Part shown: positions 20,064 through 30,879 of the stretch, in pieces
How positions within the stretch are numbered: position 1 is the stretch's first letter
Layout of the letters: every line of letters begins with the position of its first letter
Assembly (NCBI GenBank): GCA_965644315.1
Contig: CBFFRQ010000018.1
Coordinates: 434,001 to 498,000 of the forward strand
DNA length: 64,000 nt
Source: Caecitellus pseudoparvulus
Taxonomy: Eukaryota > Protista > Bigyra: Bicosoecida
Direction: 5' to 3'
Notes under the pieces: model-generated
Databases searched by the model: none
Seen by the model: the letters and a program-made list of their open reading frames with translations, nothing else
Told to the model about the DNA's origin: nothing
Made by a program: the position numbers and the translations under genes

Positions 20064-23000
20064 TCAGAGGACCCCGCGGAGGGAAAGGGACGCATCTGAA
20101 CCAGCGGAAGGGTCAGCCCAGGTGCGCTCAGCCAGGGAGCCGGTTGGTTTCATGGCACTGCCTGTTGGCTGCGGTTCCCACAACGTCATGCGTTGCAGCA
20201 GCGTTGTGAAGTGGGCTGCTGCTGCAGTGCGCACAGTCCGGCGCAGCACGGGGTCAACGACGAGAAGCTTCGACAGGAGCAACATCGCTGAGGCGAAGAA
20301 GAGGGGGATCAGCGTCGTGACGGCGTACAGCTCCGTCGCGCCGAGATAGGCGTCAGCGGAGAGCACGGCAAGCGTCCGCGTCATGTCATCAAAGTGTACC
20401 ACCTGCAGCAAGGTAGCATTCACCACATGTCGGACCCAGAGCTCTAGATCGTCGTGTGGCAGTGCAGCACACGAGGTGAGGAGGCTGGGGGAGAGGCTGG
20501 TGGGTGATGCACGCTCAGCAGCCAGGTCACGTGCCAGCCTGCTCCAGACATGGGTTGCCAACTCTTCCGAGCAATTTGGTGTCAATGCCCCTTGCTCATT
20601 CCAGACAGAGAGAGAATGCCCCGTTGTCTCCATGGATGCCAAGAACGTCAGCCACGCCCGCTGCCAGCCGAGCCGCAGCACGCCGTGGGCGACAGAGTCA
20701 CACTCCCTGCGGTGGAGCTCGTGCGTCGCTTGCGCCGCTCCAGGCTGCTGCACTGGCAGCACCGATTGGATGCGCTCCTGAGCAACGCCATGGTCAATGA
20801 CAGAGCAGGAGTCCTGGAATGCCAGCACGCTGCCCTGAGTCTCGGAAGGTAGCCTTGCCGCTGTACTGGCCTCGGGCGCGGCAGACACCATGAAGCCGGT
20901 GGGGTCATCGCCAAACACCGCTCGGCCCCAACCACCACCGTCCTCCAAGCTCGCGTGGAACGCTGACTCGGCGCTGGAAAACGAACTCGACTCATTGCGT
21001 CCCCCGATATCCAGCATGAGGAACAGGTGGCCTATGGCCGACAGGCCTGCGACTTGCATCTGAACGCCAGCGTGGGCCATGTTCACAGAGTGCACATACC
21101 TGTCCTCAGACAGGAGCCGTGTTGAGAAGAGAGACATCAGCCCAGCAAATAGGCAGGCTATGAGTGCCGTGATGACGACGAAGCCCAGGCACCAGGTGCT
21201 CGAGAAGCCTTGCAACAGGGGCACCTTCGGGCGCAGCCCCTGTTTGGAGCGATCAGCGGCCATGCGCTTCAGCACGCGAGTCGTGGTCTGGTTCATGGAA
21301 ACCTGGAGGAAAGCTGCAGCAAACACAGCTACGAGACTGCCGGCGCAAGTGATCACCATGCCTTGAATCGTGCGAGTCTGCATCAAGCTGTCAAAGTATG
21401 TGTTGAGGGCTTCGGCGGCTGCCTGGGAGCCTTGTTGAGTCACAGCTGCCAATGCAAAGGCGTCGTTCATCCAAAGCGAGGACGAGTTGGAAGTGCTTAG
21501 CAGCGAGCTGCATGTAGCGGGTGCACTGTTAACGCAGGCATCAACCAGAAACCTCTGCAAGGCGGTGTTGTGCGCGTCACGCAGTGGTCCCACGTGAGCA
21601 TGTGCGGCCCGCAAGCTGGTGGCTTGCAAGACTGAGCTGGCTTGGAAAGTGTCTGGAATGCTGCGTTGCAAAATGTGCAGCACTTCTGTGAGGAGTGCCA
21701 GACTGCCCGCCCATTCCTCGGCGAGGCCGCGAACAATGGCAGCGACCTGTGCCTGGTGCTGGCCTGCGACCATGGCGCTCCGCAGCATCGCTGTCGACAG
21801 CGGCATGGCTGACAGTTGAGCGAGGAGGGCTGGGATCTCGAATCTCAACTGCACGGGGCCAATGCGGAAAGCCCCCAGCACTTGCACAGCGAGGTACAGG
21901 GCGTACAGGAAAGATGCAATGGCCAGCGCGTACATGAGCCCCTGCATGCTGCGCGCCGCTGGCAGAGCAAGCAGCTGGGAATCTAAAAGCCCCTGTACCT
22001 TGAGGGCATTGTTAGTGTGTTGGGAATCCTGGGAGCGCTGCTGTGGTGTTGCGCGTGGGCCCAAGGATCCAGTGACAGGCTGCAGTGGAGCCGAAATGCG
22101 CCTGGTGCTGCTCAGACGCCGCCCACCCCATTGCACTTGAATGGGTTCTACAACAAGCAGCCACACTGGGACGGGGCAGGACAAAATGGGCTCTGGGAGG
22201 GAAAAAGCCGGGCTGTTTCCCCGCGCGTCAGGCTGCGTGTCGCTGTCGCGGCCGTCCACGAGCACTGCATCGTGGGGGGCAACTTGAGACCCCTGCCCCT
22301 GCCAGCTCTGCAAGGCCTGCACATTTACATACACAGCTTGTGCTCCATTCGGGGGCTGCAGCAGCAGTGTCATGCCCTGCAGGAGGCCTGCCATGTCCCA
22401 CTTGCGGGGTCCCTGAAGCTGGCCCGGCGCATCGGTTCGGCGCGTGACAAGCAGGTCCTCCACGCACACCCGGCGCAGTTCCGTGGGGCTCTTGCACAAC
22501 ATCATGAGCAGGAGTGGAGAAATTGAAACGACTTTGTGCCCTTGAACTGTTGAGTCCCACTTGCAAGTTGCGAACATGGCAGCAGTGGAAGGTCGCAACG
22601 TCGCAGACGTATCCAGCAAGCCCTGCAGACCCCTATCCACTTGAGACATCGCGTGTGCCTCAGCGGCATGGCTTGCCAACACGCCCATCCACTTTCCAAG
22701 TGCAGAACTTTCCGTTGTCTGCCCTGGTTTGCCAAGGACGATGCCCCTGGGCAGGGCCACAACCCAAGGCGCTGACTCCTGGGCCGCCAACAGCTCCACC
22801 GCCATCATGACTTCCCGCGTCGGGGAGGCAGCCTGGCTGGAAGGGGAAGTTGAGTGCCTAGTGGAGCCCACGCGCCCCATGGGGGTGTTGGCAGCGAGCA
22901 CTGCTTTGCCCACTGGGGAAGTAGGTGCTGACGAGCTTCCTCGCCCAATCATGCGGTTCATGAGGCCACGCTTGAGCAGCAGGTGTGCAAACAGGTGCTC

Positions 23001-25219
23001 CAAGTCCTGGGATGCTTGCCTCGCAGCCTTTGGGTCGCGCATACCAACTTGCTGCCTGAAGGCGCCCCGCAGTGTGCGGACAGCCTGCCGCGCGACGCCC
23101 CACATGGACACGATGCGGGACTCGACGTCAGCAATGCTGGCGCGGCCAGAGTCCAGGTCAGCCCACGCGGAGTCGTGTAAAGTGTGAATGCGGTGAGCTG
23201 CAGCCGCGAGCTTTCCAAGTTGATCGCCTTGCACAATGTCCTGGGTGCGCAGTACTGGCAGGGAGTACTCGAAGGAGACATGGGCGAGGGACAGCAGCCG
23301 GTGCATGATCTCCATGCGTACCCACGGCATGGGGGACAGGGTCCAGGCTTTCTGCAGGTGGCGCAACTGCTGATGACAGTCCAGTGTTACAAGGGACGTT
23401 GAGAAGACCTCAGCAGCTGCCATGTACGCATGGGGCGAGCGGGGGTATTGCCTCAGCACCCGGTGCATGACCCGCTGACAAGCTGTGGCTGTTGGTTGCA
23501 GGGATGCACGTAAGGCAAAGACCTGCGCTGCTGAGAGGCGCAAGCCCTGCAGCGAGGGGTCCCACCCCTCAGCCCGCCTCAATTGGAGCAAAGCCAGGGC
23601 TCGGCCTTCCGGGGACAAGCCTTGCAGCGAACCTGCCAGTGCGAAGCTGCGGCTGCCTGCCCTCAGCATGTGGCTGCGCACTGCAAGCTCCAGCTTGCGT
23701 TGAACCCAAGCCAGAGCATGGGTGGTCCAGAAAGCATCGGTGGAGCGGCGGCGCAGCAAGGCAAGCTGGGGGCCGGGGCTAGCCAGCATGCCGAGGACGA
23801 AGGCGGCGCAGACGAGGACGAAGACTGTCGCAGACAGGTCCACGGTGGCGGAAGTGTCGACAATTACAGACATGGAGACCATGAAAATGACTGCCATGAT
23901 GATGCTCACACCGAACACGACGCGTCCGTAGGCTTGATGGCGTGTGGGCGCCCACACAACGAGCACCACCGCGACCGAGACGGCAAGGAGCAGGCCCACG
24001 AAAAGCATGCAGTTCAGAGGCAGGAAGTCCACCAGCACATTGAAGGCGAGCGAGGAGTTCACATGCACCCCACACTCCAGCACTAGGGCGGCTAGGCAGG
24101 AGAAGTACTGCCCAGGCCACTGCGTGTGCTGTGTGACAAGCTGCGTCCCTGACACGGGCATGCTCTGCATCATGGAGCCAACGCCCCACAGGGCCGAATT
24201 CAGGCCCATGCCCGCAAGCGACACCGCAGCGTGCCAAAAGTGGGCCCCGCTGAAGCACTGTTCACCGCCACCAAACAGTAGTGGAACGTACGACGTCCCA
24301 ATGCCCACTCCCGGCTCCGTGAGCCAGGCGCCCGCATCCAGGCCAGGACCGCCCTCCCACGCTCCCAGGCGAGTGAGCACTGGGCGCTGGGATCCAGGCC
24401 TGCTTGATGGGTCCACCGCCGGCCAGCACACGAGCATGCGAGCGGTCAGGCTGCAGATCGGCACCGCCAACACCCAAGCATGCAAGAAGAAGGCGGTGCG
24501 CAGGGCTAGGAGCAAAGCTTGCCGTGACCTGTGGAGCGAGAGGGAAAAAACCACGCAATGCGAACCCAAGTAAAGGGCAAAGAAGACAGCCATACAGGAG
24601 CAGCAAGGGTGGCACAGCTAGCGTGCTGCGCGCCAAGGCGAGGGGCAAGCAGCAGCAGCACATCCGGCAACACCAGCGCAGCTCATGCGCCAGCCCAACA
24701 TGCTGCCACGCCAAACACGCGGCAGTCACACAGCACTGTGCGTGCACGCATGGTCCAAAACACAAGCAAGGCAACAAGAACAGGGGTAAGCAGTCCCGCC
24801 ATGTGGCTGCTGCCCATGGCAGCGCTTTGTGGGCGGAGTGGAGCCGCGCTCAAGTTGGGGGCAGGCAGGGTGGAGGTGGCTGCCACGCACTCGTGCAGCT
24901 GCTGCACGCACCTTGGGGAAAAGGCGCCAGAGAACGCCGCAGCCAGCAGCCAAAGGCCACTCAGCGAAAGAAGCCATAAAATTGCACCTATCCATGCGTA
25001 GTAAAAGACCAGCACGCCAAGCTGGATGTCAGCGCGGGCGAGTGTCAGCCAGGAACTGAGTTTCGCGGCTGTTGCCAGCTGAGGGTGGGCGTTACTTGAC
25101 GCCACGATCGCCACGGCGCCAAAAGAGAGCACTTGGAGCCACTTTGTGAAGTGAATTCCCCAGGCCAAACGGAGGGGGATGCCATGACGCCCCAGAAGGG
25201 GCGCCCAGAGGCGCTCCAT
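20064..25219 (-). CDS. TmcB/TmcC-like multi-pass membrane protein with degenerate PAS-like region (paralogue 1)
   Basis: N-terminal TM cluster with QCFSGAHFWH motif, YPRSPHAY helical region, PAS-like VVSISPLLLMMLCKSPTELRRVCVEDLL, then TM-flanked helical domains. Proposed phase-2 intron 24911-24529. Family assignment from motif recall. Confidence 0.6.
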
Positions 25220-25469
25220 GTGGCACCACCGGCCCCAATCGCTGTGCGACGGACAGGAGGGGCCAGTCGGCCGCCTGGTCAGCAGGAAGAAGTGAGTGGC
25301 GTGGTGCGGTGGGGCCCATCACAAGGGCCACCCTTGCCCGCTATCAATTGTGATCCTGTTTTGGTGCTGCTGCATTGCCAGGCGCTGCCAGCCCCCCGCG
25401 CGAGGTTTCATGTGGGGGTGTCCTGCCAGACCCTGTGCCATCGGGCCGTGGCCCGAAACGCCACACCCC

Positions 25470-27477
25470 TCAAGGCTTGGCTGGGCGTTTCTCCGGCGTG
25501 GAGGCGTCAGTGTCGCCCCCCGCATCCAAACTACGCAGCAGTCGGAAGAGACCGGAAGCCTCCCTGATGCGGCTGAACTCGATGCAGAACGCCTGCACCT
25601 CCACGAACATGTCCGCCACGTTGATGAGGCGGTTTCTGATGAGCGATTGCAGGAAGACGCAGACAAGCCGCACGAGGCGCGTTTGCAGGAACTTGTCTGT
25701 GATGTTTTCGCAGTTGGAAATGCAGTTGGAAATGTACAAGTGGATGAACTCCTTGGGAAGGGAGGCGGAAGTGGTCAGGCGGTTCACCACCTCCATGCTG
25801 TGAAGGCTGATGTCCATGGCCACCAAGGCAGTCAGGTAGTCGTTGCTCTGGGACGAGTTCATGAACTTCACCAGGCATTCGTAGGCGATGACGGGGTTTT
25901 TTTCCACCAGCAAAGGCAATTTGGCGGGCGTGAGCCCAGACACGTACACTGCCTTGGCATCCTGCAGCTCGGCTTGCAAGAGGTCTTGGTTGGGGGGAGA
26001 CAGCGGCCCCTGCAGTGCCTCGCTCATCAGCGAGCGCACCCGGGTGGTTGAGGAGGTGTCCTGGGCCAAAGTCATGTCCCACAGCAGAGGCGCCGGCTCA
26101 GTGGGGTGCAGCAGCGCGAACTCGCCGGCAGCCACCTCCATCAGCGGCGGCGCAAGCCGAGCAAACTGGGGAGAGTACCCTGGGATGGCCATGCTGTACT
26201 CAGGGTCTGACACAGTGGGTTTGTCGCTCTTCCCTGGCCCCCGCGAGGAGCTGTCGGATGCAGCACTCCCCCTGCTGCTTACATCCGCGGAGGGAAGTGG
26301 CCCTGCCGCCGGCAAGCCCAAGGCATCCCGCAGCTCCCGCAGTGCATGCAGGTCTGCCACGCTCAGGGCCGCCAGATGGCTCTGCATGGCACCTGCCTTG
26401 GCAGGGTCCCCCAACCCAGTGCCGGCCGCTCCAGCTGGCGCCTCGCCCGCCGCTGCCACTGCCACCGCGGAGAGTGGGCCGAATGCGAGGGACGCCTCGC
26501 CGGTGGGGTGCGAGTGGTGGCCAAGGGCGGAAGCCAACGGGGCTTGCAGGTATGCACGCCCACAGGGCAGAGTGTCGTACGTGAGGGGCTCCGGCGGGAC
26601 GCTGCCGTTTGCCTGGGCTGAGCGGAAGGAGGTGTCCCGGGCACGTGCCGCGGCCTCTGCGCTGCCAGCTGACTCCTCCACAGTGCTGCTTAGCTGGGAC
26701 ACTGCCGTGGGTCCCACAGGGTCCAAGACTGTCGGGCGCACTTCGATGGAGGGCAGTGGGGGCACGCGGGGCAGCTTGCGCTCATGCTCTCTGGGGAAAG
26801 GGGAGGAATGCGGGAATCCTTCAGTGTGAACGGCAGGGGCCCGGAGCGCAGGGGTCAACACTCACTTGCGCAGTGCTGTCAACTCTGGCATGCTCACGAC
26901 TGGACCTCGAGAGGAGTACTCCTTCAGCAGCTCCGTGGGGCTCTTCTCAGACAGCCCTGCAGACAGGCCCCCAGACAGGAGCGTGGAGATGAAGTGCTGC
27001 TCACAAGCGGACGTGCCCTGCTCCAGGCACCCGATGAAGACAGAGAAGAATGGGTTCATGCCAGAGGCATTGGACCGGTACAAGTCCACGAGCACGTAGA
27101 AGCCGGCCAGGCGCTGTGGCGAGCGGGTGGTAAGAAGGGGTGTTGGAGGTCTGGGCATAGCTGAAACGCCACCAGCTTCTCACCTGCGCTCGAGTGAGCA
27201 GGTTGTCCTGCAGAAGGAAGCTAATGGCGTAACCTGCACGCATGCGCGCGTGGCCTGGAAAGCTCTTCTCAATCGCGGCAGATGTCTGCCCGACGGGGAC
27301 CGCCTCTTCCTGCAGCGGGACAAGCGCACATGTGCGGAGGTGGTACCAGCTGGTGCACTGCAGCTGGCGCACGGCACAAACCTTCAAGAGCTCCATGAGC
27401 TCAGAAAGCTGCTTCTTGTCCAGAACCGTTGATACACGCTGCTCCATGCCTCCTTGACTCCCCATGCTGCTCGCCAT
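25470..27477 (-). CDS. CNOT11: CCR4-NOT complex subunit 11
   Basis: Conserved C-terminus LVEKNPVIA...[11 protein letters not shown]...[11 protein letters not shown]...[16 protein letters not shown]...[15 protein letters not shown]; three GT-AG introns in the 5' part. Confidence 0.94.
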
Positions 27478-27837
27478 GGTGCACGGTGCGGCCTGGAAGC
27501 AAGGCTAGGCAACTCTGCAGTCCACTGGTGCTGTCTGTGCTTGGTCAGTACACTCGGCACTGGCCATGCAGCGGCCGGGTGGTGAACAGCGTGGCACGGC
27601 CCTGGTATGCCTCTGGGACTTACGGGGTTTTGTAAATTTACACTCGGCACTACTCTGCACTTCCGCCGTGCCTGGTGGCGGGCTGTCAGTGTTGGCGGAT
27701 GCCGTTTTCGGCTGAGGACAGCCCAGACAGAGCTTGGGTTCACGCAAACACCAAAGTCCCGACTGAGAATCACACCTGTGGCCTTCCACTGATGGTTTGG
27801 CTGTGGGGCTTGCTGCTGGCGAGCACGCTCCTCACTC

Positions 27838-29136
27838 ATGGCGGTGGTGGCAGTCGCTCGCCTGGTGCCTCGGCTGGTCGGGCTGCCCTGTCGAGCGCAA
27901 ACACACTGGCCTCGCCCCAGGCTTGGGACGTTGGCCCTGCCGGGGCTGCGCCATGCCTCCAATCGACGCCAACCCACACGCTTCGACACGCAGCGAGGGC
28001 AGGCCAGCCCAATTGAGGCCTTCATCGGGCACATGCACAAGGCCTTCGTGTCGGTGGCAAGGGCAGTCCGGCAGGCCGTCGCAGGGAAGCAAGGCAGCGA
28101 CTCTTCTGGGCTGCAGGGCTTCATGAGCAATGCCTCTAACTCTGTGTATGCCCTAGATGACGCTCTGCGGAGCGCGCTCTCCCGCATCCTCGCTGCAGCA
28201 CGCAAGCCTGGTGGGGTTTCGTCTGCGTTTCGTGCCGCTCGATCGAGGTCCATCGCAGAAAACATGGTCGCTGCCCGCCAATACTACGCGCAGTACCCCT
28301 ACGAAAGCGTGTATCACCTTACTGCCATGCTTCTTCTGGCATACTGTGCGTGGTACCTGACGTTCCGCGCGTCGAAAGGCGCTGCCAACCCCCATGCCAC
28401 TGCTGTGGCCTGGGTGCAGCGGAACCTCACCCTGAGCGCGGAGCACATTGGACAAGGGAAACTGTGGACGCCCTTGACGTCTCCCTTCCTTCAGGTGGAT
28501 TACACAACCGCCTTGGGCAATGCCGCCATGCTCCTGGCGTACGGCACCAAGTGTGTCAGCTACGTTGGTCCCTGGTACATGCTGGGCTTGGCCGCAGCGG
28601 GAACCGCCACCTCATCATTCACGTACCTTGCTGCTGCAGCACTGGCTGGCCCAAGTACGAGCCCTATGACCCCGCCAGCTCCCGCTGTTGAGGAGGCACG
28701 TAGCAGCAGCCGGGGTGCGTCAGGATACATCCCTTCAACGGAAGACGGCCTGTCTCCCGGACAAAGGGCCTACAACCTCCTCACCACTGGGACGCATGAG
28801 GGGAGCGTGTCTTCCAATGCGGCTTTGCCTAAGTCCCCGCTGGCGCCTTCCCTGTGGGCGTACCCTCACCTGGGCCCCGCTGGCGCTGTGGCTGCTGTGG
28901 CGGCATTTGTCGTGGCAGCCAAGCCCCAAGCTGTGTGGCGCATCGTGGACCTGCAGCTGCCACTCGCCGCCCCTCTGGTCGGGTACACGGCATTCACAGT
29001 CGGCACAGCCCTGTCGGCTTCCTCTGGAGAGGCGACGTCAAGCGCAGCACACCTGTCAGGGCTGGGCGTCGGCGCGGGGCTCTACCTCGGCCTGCGCAGT
29101 GGGCGGCTGCCCTACCACCGCTTCTGGCCAAAATGA
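27838..29136 (+). CDS. Rhomboid-family protein, probably catalytically inactive, with basic transit-peptide-like N-terminus
   Basis: GKLWTPLTSPF (WR/loop1 region), TM4 HLGPAGAV in place of GASG, TM6 AAHLSG; Arg-rich amphipathic N-terminus. Confidence 0.75.
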   Translation: MAVVAVARLVPRLVGLPCRAQTHWPRPRLGTLALPGLRHASNRRQPTRFDTQRGQASPIEAFIGHMHKAFVSVARAVRQAVAGKQGSDSSGLQGFMSNASNSVYALDDALRSALSRILAAARKPGGVSSAFRAARSRSIAENMVAARQYYAQYPYESVYHLTAMLLLAYCAWYLTFRASKGAANPHATAVAWVQRNLTLSAEHIGQGKLWTPLTSPFLQVDYTTALGNAAMLLAYGTKCVSYVGPWYMLGLAAAGTATSSFTYLAAAALAGPSTSPMTPPAPAVEEARSSSRGASGYIPSTEDGLSPGQRAYNLLTTGTHEGSVSSNAALPKSPLAPSLWAYPHLGPAGAVAAVAAFVVAAKPQAVWRIVDLQLPLAAPLVGYTAFTVGTALSASSGEATSSAAHLSGLGVGAGLYLGLRSGRLPYHRFWPK

Positions 29137-29252
29137 ATCACCCAACGCTTGTTCTCCAGTTTGCGCCATGGTCGCGCCTCGTGGCCCTTTCAGGGATCAC
29201 TCTGCGCATGACACAGCTGACGCGAGCGACGGGTTGACAGCAAGCCAGCACC

Positions 29253-30858
29253 ATGCCAGGCAGCGGGGGAGAAGTGCAGTTCTGCAGCTCGCTGTGCTGC
29301 AGCACCGCCGTCCTGGCCGCAGCTTTGACCTTTGCAGTGGTCTCTTCGCCAGTGCAGCGCGACTTTGTGCCGCGAAAGGCGCCGGCCATCGCGTCCAGTC
29401 CCACGGACTTCTCAGGCGTGTTGGCTCCAAACAATGCCCTTGCGGCTGTGAGCGCCATCATCGCAGAAGGCGAGCTGGCAGGCCCTGAAACTGTGTCCTT
29501 GGACAAGGACTCAGGATCGCTCATTGCATGCACTGACGATGGGTACCTGCACCGCCTGACTGTATCCCAGGACGGCTCCGAGTGGGCACGCGAGCATGTG
29601 AGTGGCCAAGCCAGCGTCGCACACTCGCTTGCACGCCCCACCGCGTCGGGCGCCTTCGCCCACGGACACTCGCAGTTGATGTACGTGGGCGGACGTCCCC
29701 ATGTGTGTGAGATGCACTCGCCTGACACTGTCATTTTCGTGGATGCCGTCAAGGGGTAAGGCCTGCTCTGTCCGCTTGCGGAAGTTGACGAGCTGCCGCA
29801 CTCGCCGCACTCCACCCCCTACAGCCTGGTGCTGGCAAACCTGACAAGCAAGACCCAGACGGTGGTGTCTACTATCTCAGATGACGGTATTCCCATCCAG
29901 TTTGCAGACGACCTGGTCGTCGACGCCTCATCTGGTACGGAGCAGCCTCTCTGCCGCACAGCCAAGGCTCTGGCGACAGAAACCCTTGCTGCCGCTGCGC
30001 AGGCATCGTGTACTTCTCAGACGCATCCCAGGTGCAGCCTTGGCGTGTACCTCATCAAGGTGGAGGTGCGAACGCCACACGCCCCGCCGGTGGGCCGTGC
30101 TTACCTGCTTGCATCGAACTCGCCCCTGCTCCACCTCAGGCTGGACTTCGTGGGCCACCAGCAAGATTGATCTCATGTTTGGCCAGGCCACGGGCAGGTT
30201 GCTGGCTTGGGATCCCTCCTCGGGCAGCACTCGCACGCTGCTAAGCGGCCTGTGGTTCGCAAACGGCGTGAAGCTGGCGCCAGAGGGGGACGCCGTCCTC
30301 ATCGCTGAGACCTTCGAGTTCCGCGTGCATAAGTACTTCATCAAGGGCCCCCACGCCGGCAAGCACTACGTGTGGGCAAAAGACCTGCCCGGTACTGTGG
30401 ACGGCATCTCCCCTGCCCCAGGCGGTGGCTTCTTCGCAGCCATCCCTGCATTCCGCTCCGCCGTGTACTGCTTGGCTGTGCCGCAGACGTGGGTGCGCCG
30501 GGTGCTGTCCTTCCTGCCCATGCACATGTGGCCAGATGCAGACCCCTACGGCCTCGTGCTGAAGCTGGATGAGGTGCCAGCGACGGTGCACCTGAGCTCT
30601 GACCCCCACGTGCGCGGGCAGGGCGCGGAGAGCGCCGAGGAGAGCGGGCATGCCTCTGGCACGACGCCGGCCACGGTGGCCGTCATCACAGGCTCCCTGC
30701 ATGATCCGAGTGGGAGCGTGGCCAACCACATCACCAGCATTACGCCCAGTGCCCACCACGGCGATGCACTGTTCCTGGGCAGCATAGGCGGGGACAAGGT
30801 GGTCATGGTGCCCGGGGCTGCCTGGAAGCAGGCACTGCAGCAGCAGGCTGAGCAGTGA
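29253..30858 (+). CDS. Strictosidine synthase-like / APMAP family beta-propeller with N-terminal anchor
   Basis: GPET, GGRP, DAVKGL, FADDLVV, VYFSDAS, GRLLAWDP, GLWFANGV, LPGTVDGI and SLHDPSG; three GT-AG introns between 29756 and 30140. Confidence 0.88.
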
Positions 30859-30879
30859 TCAATGCACCCTGCACACGCG

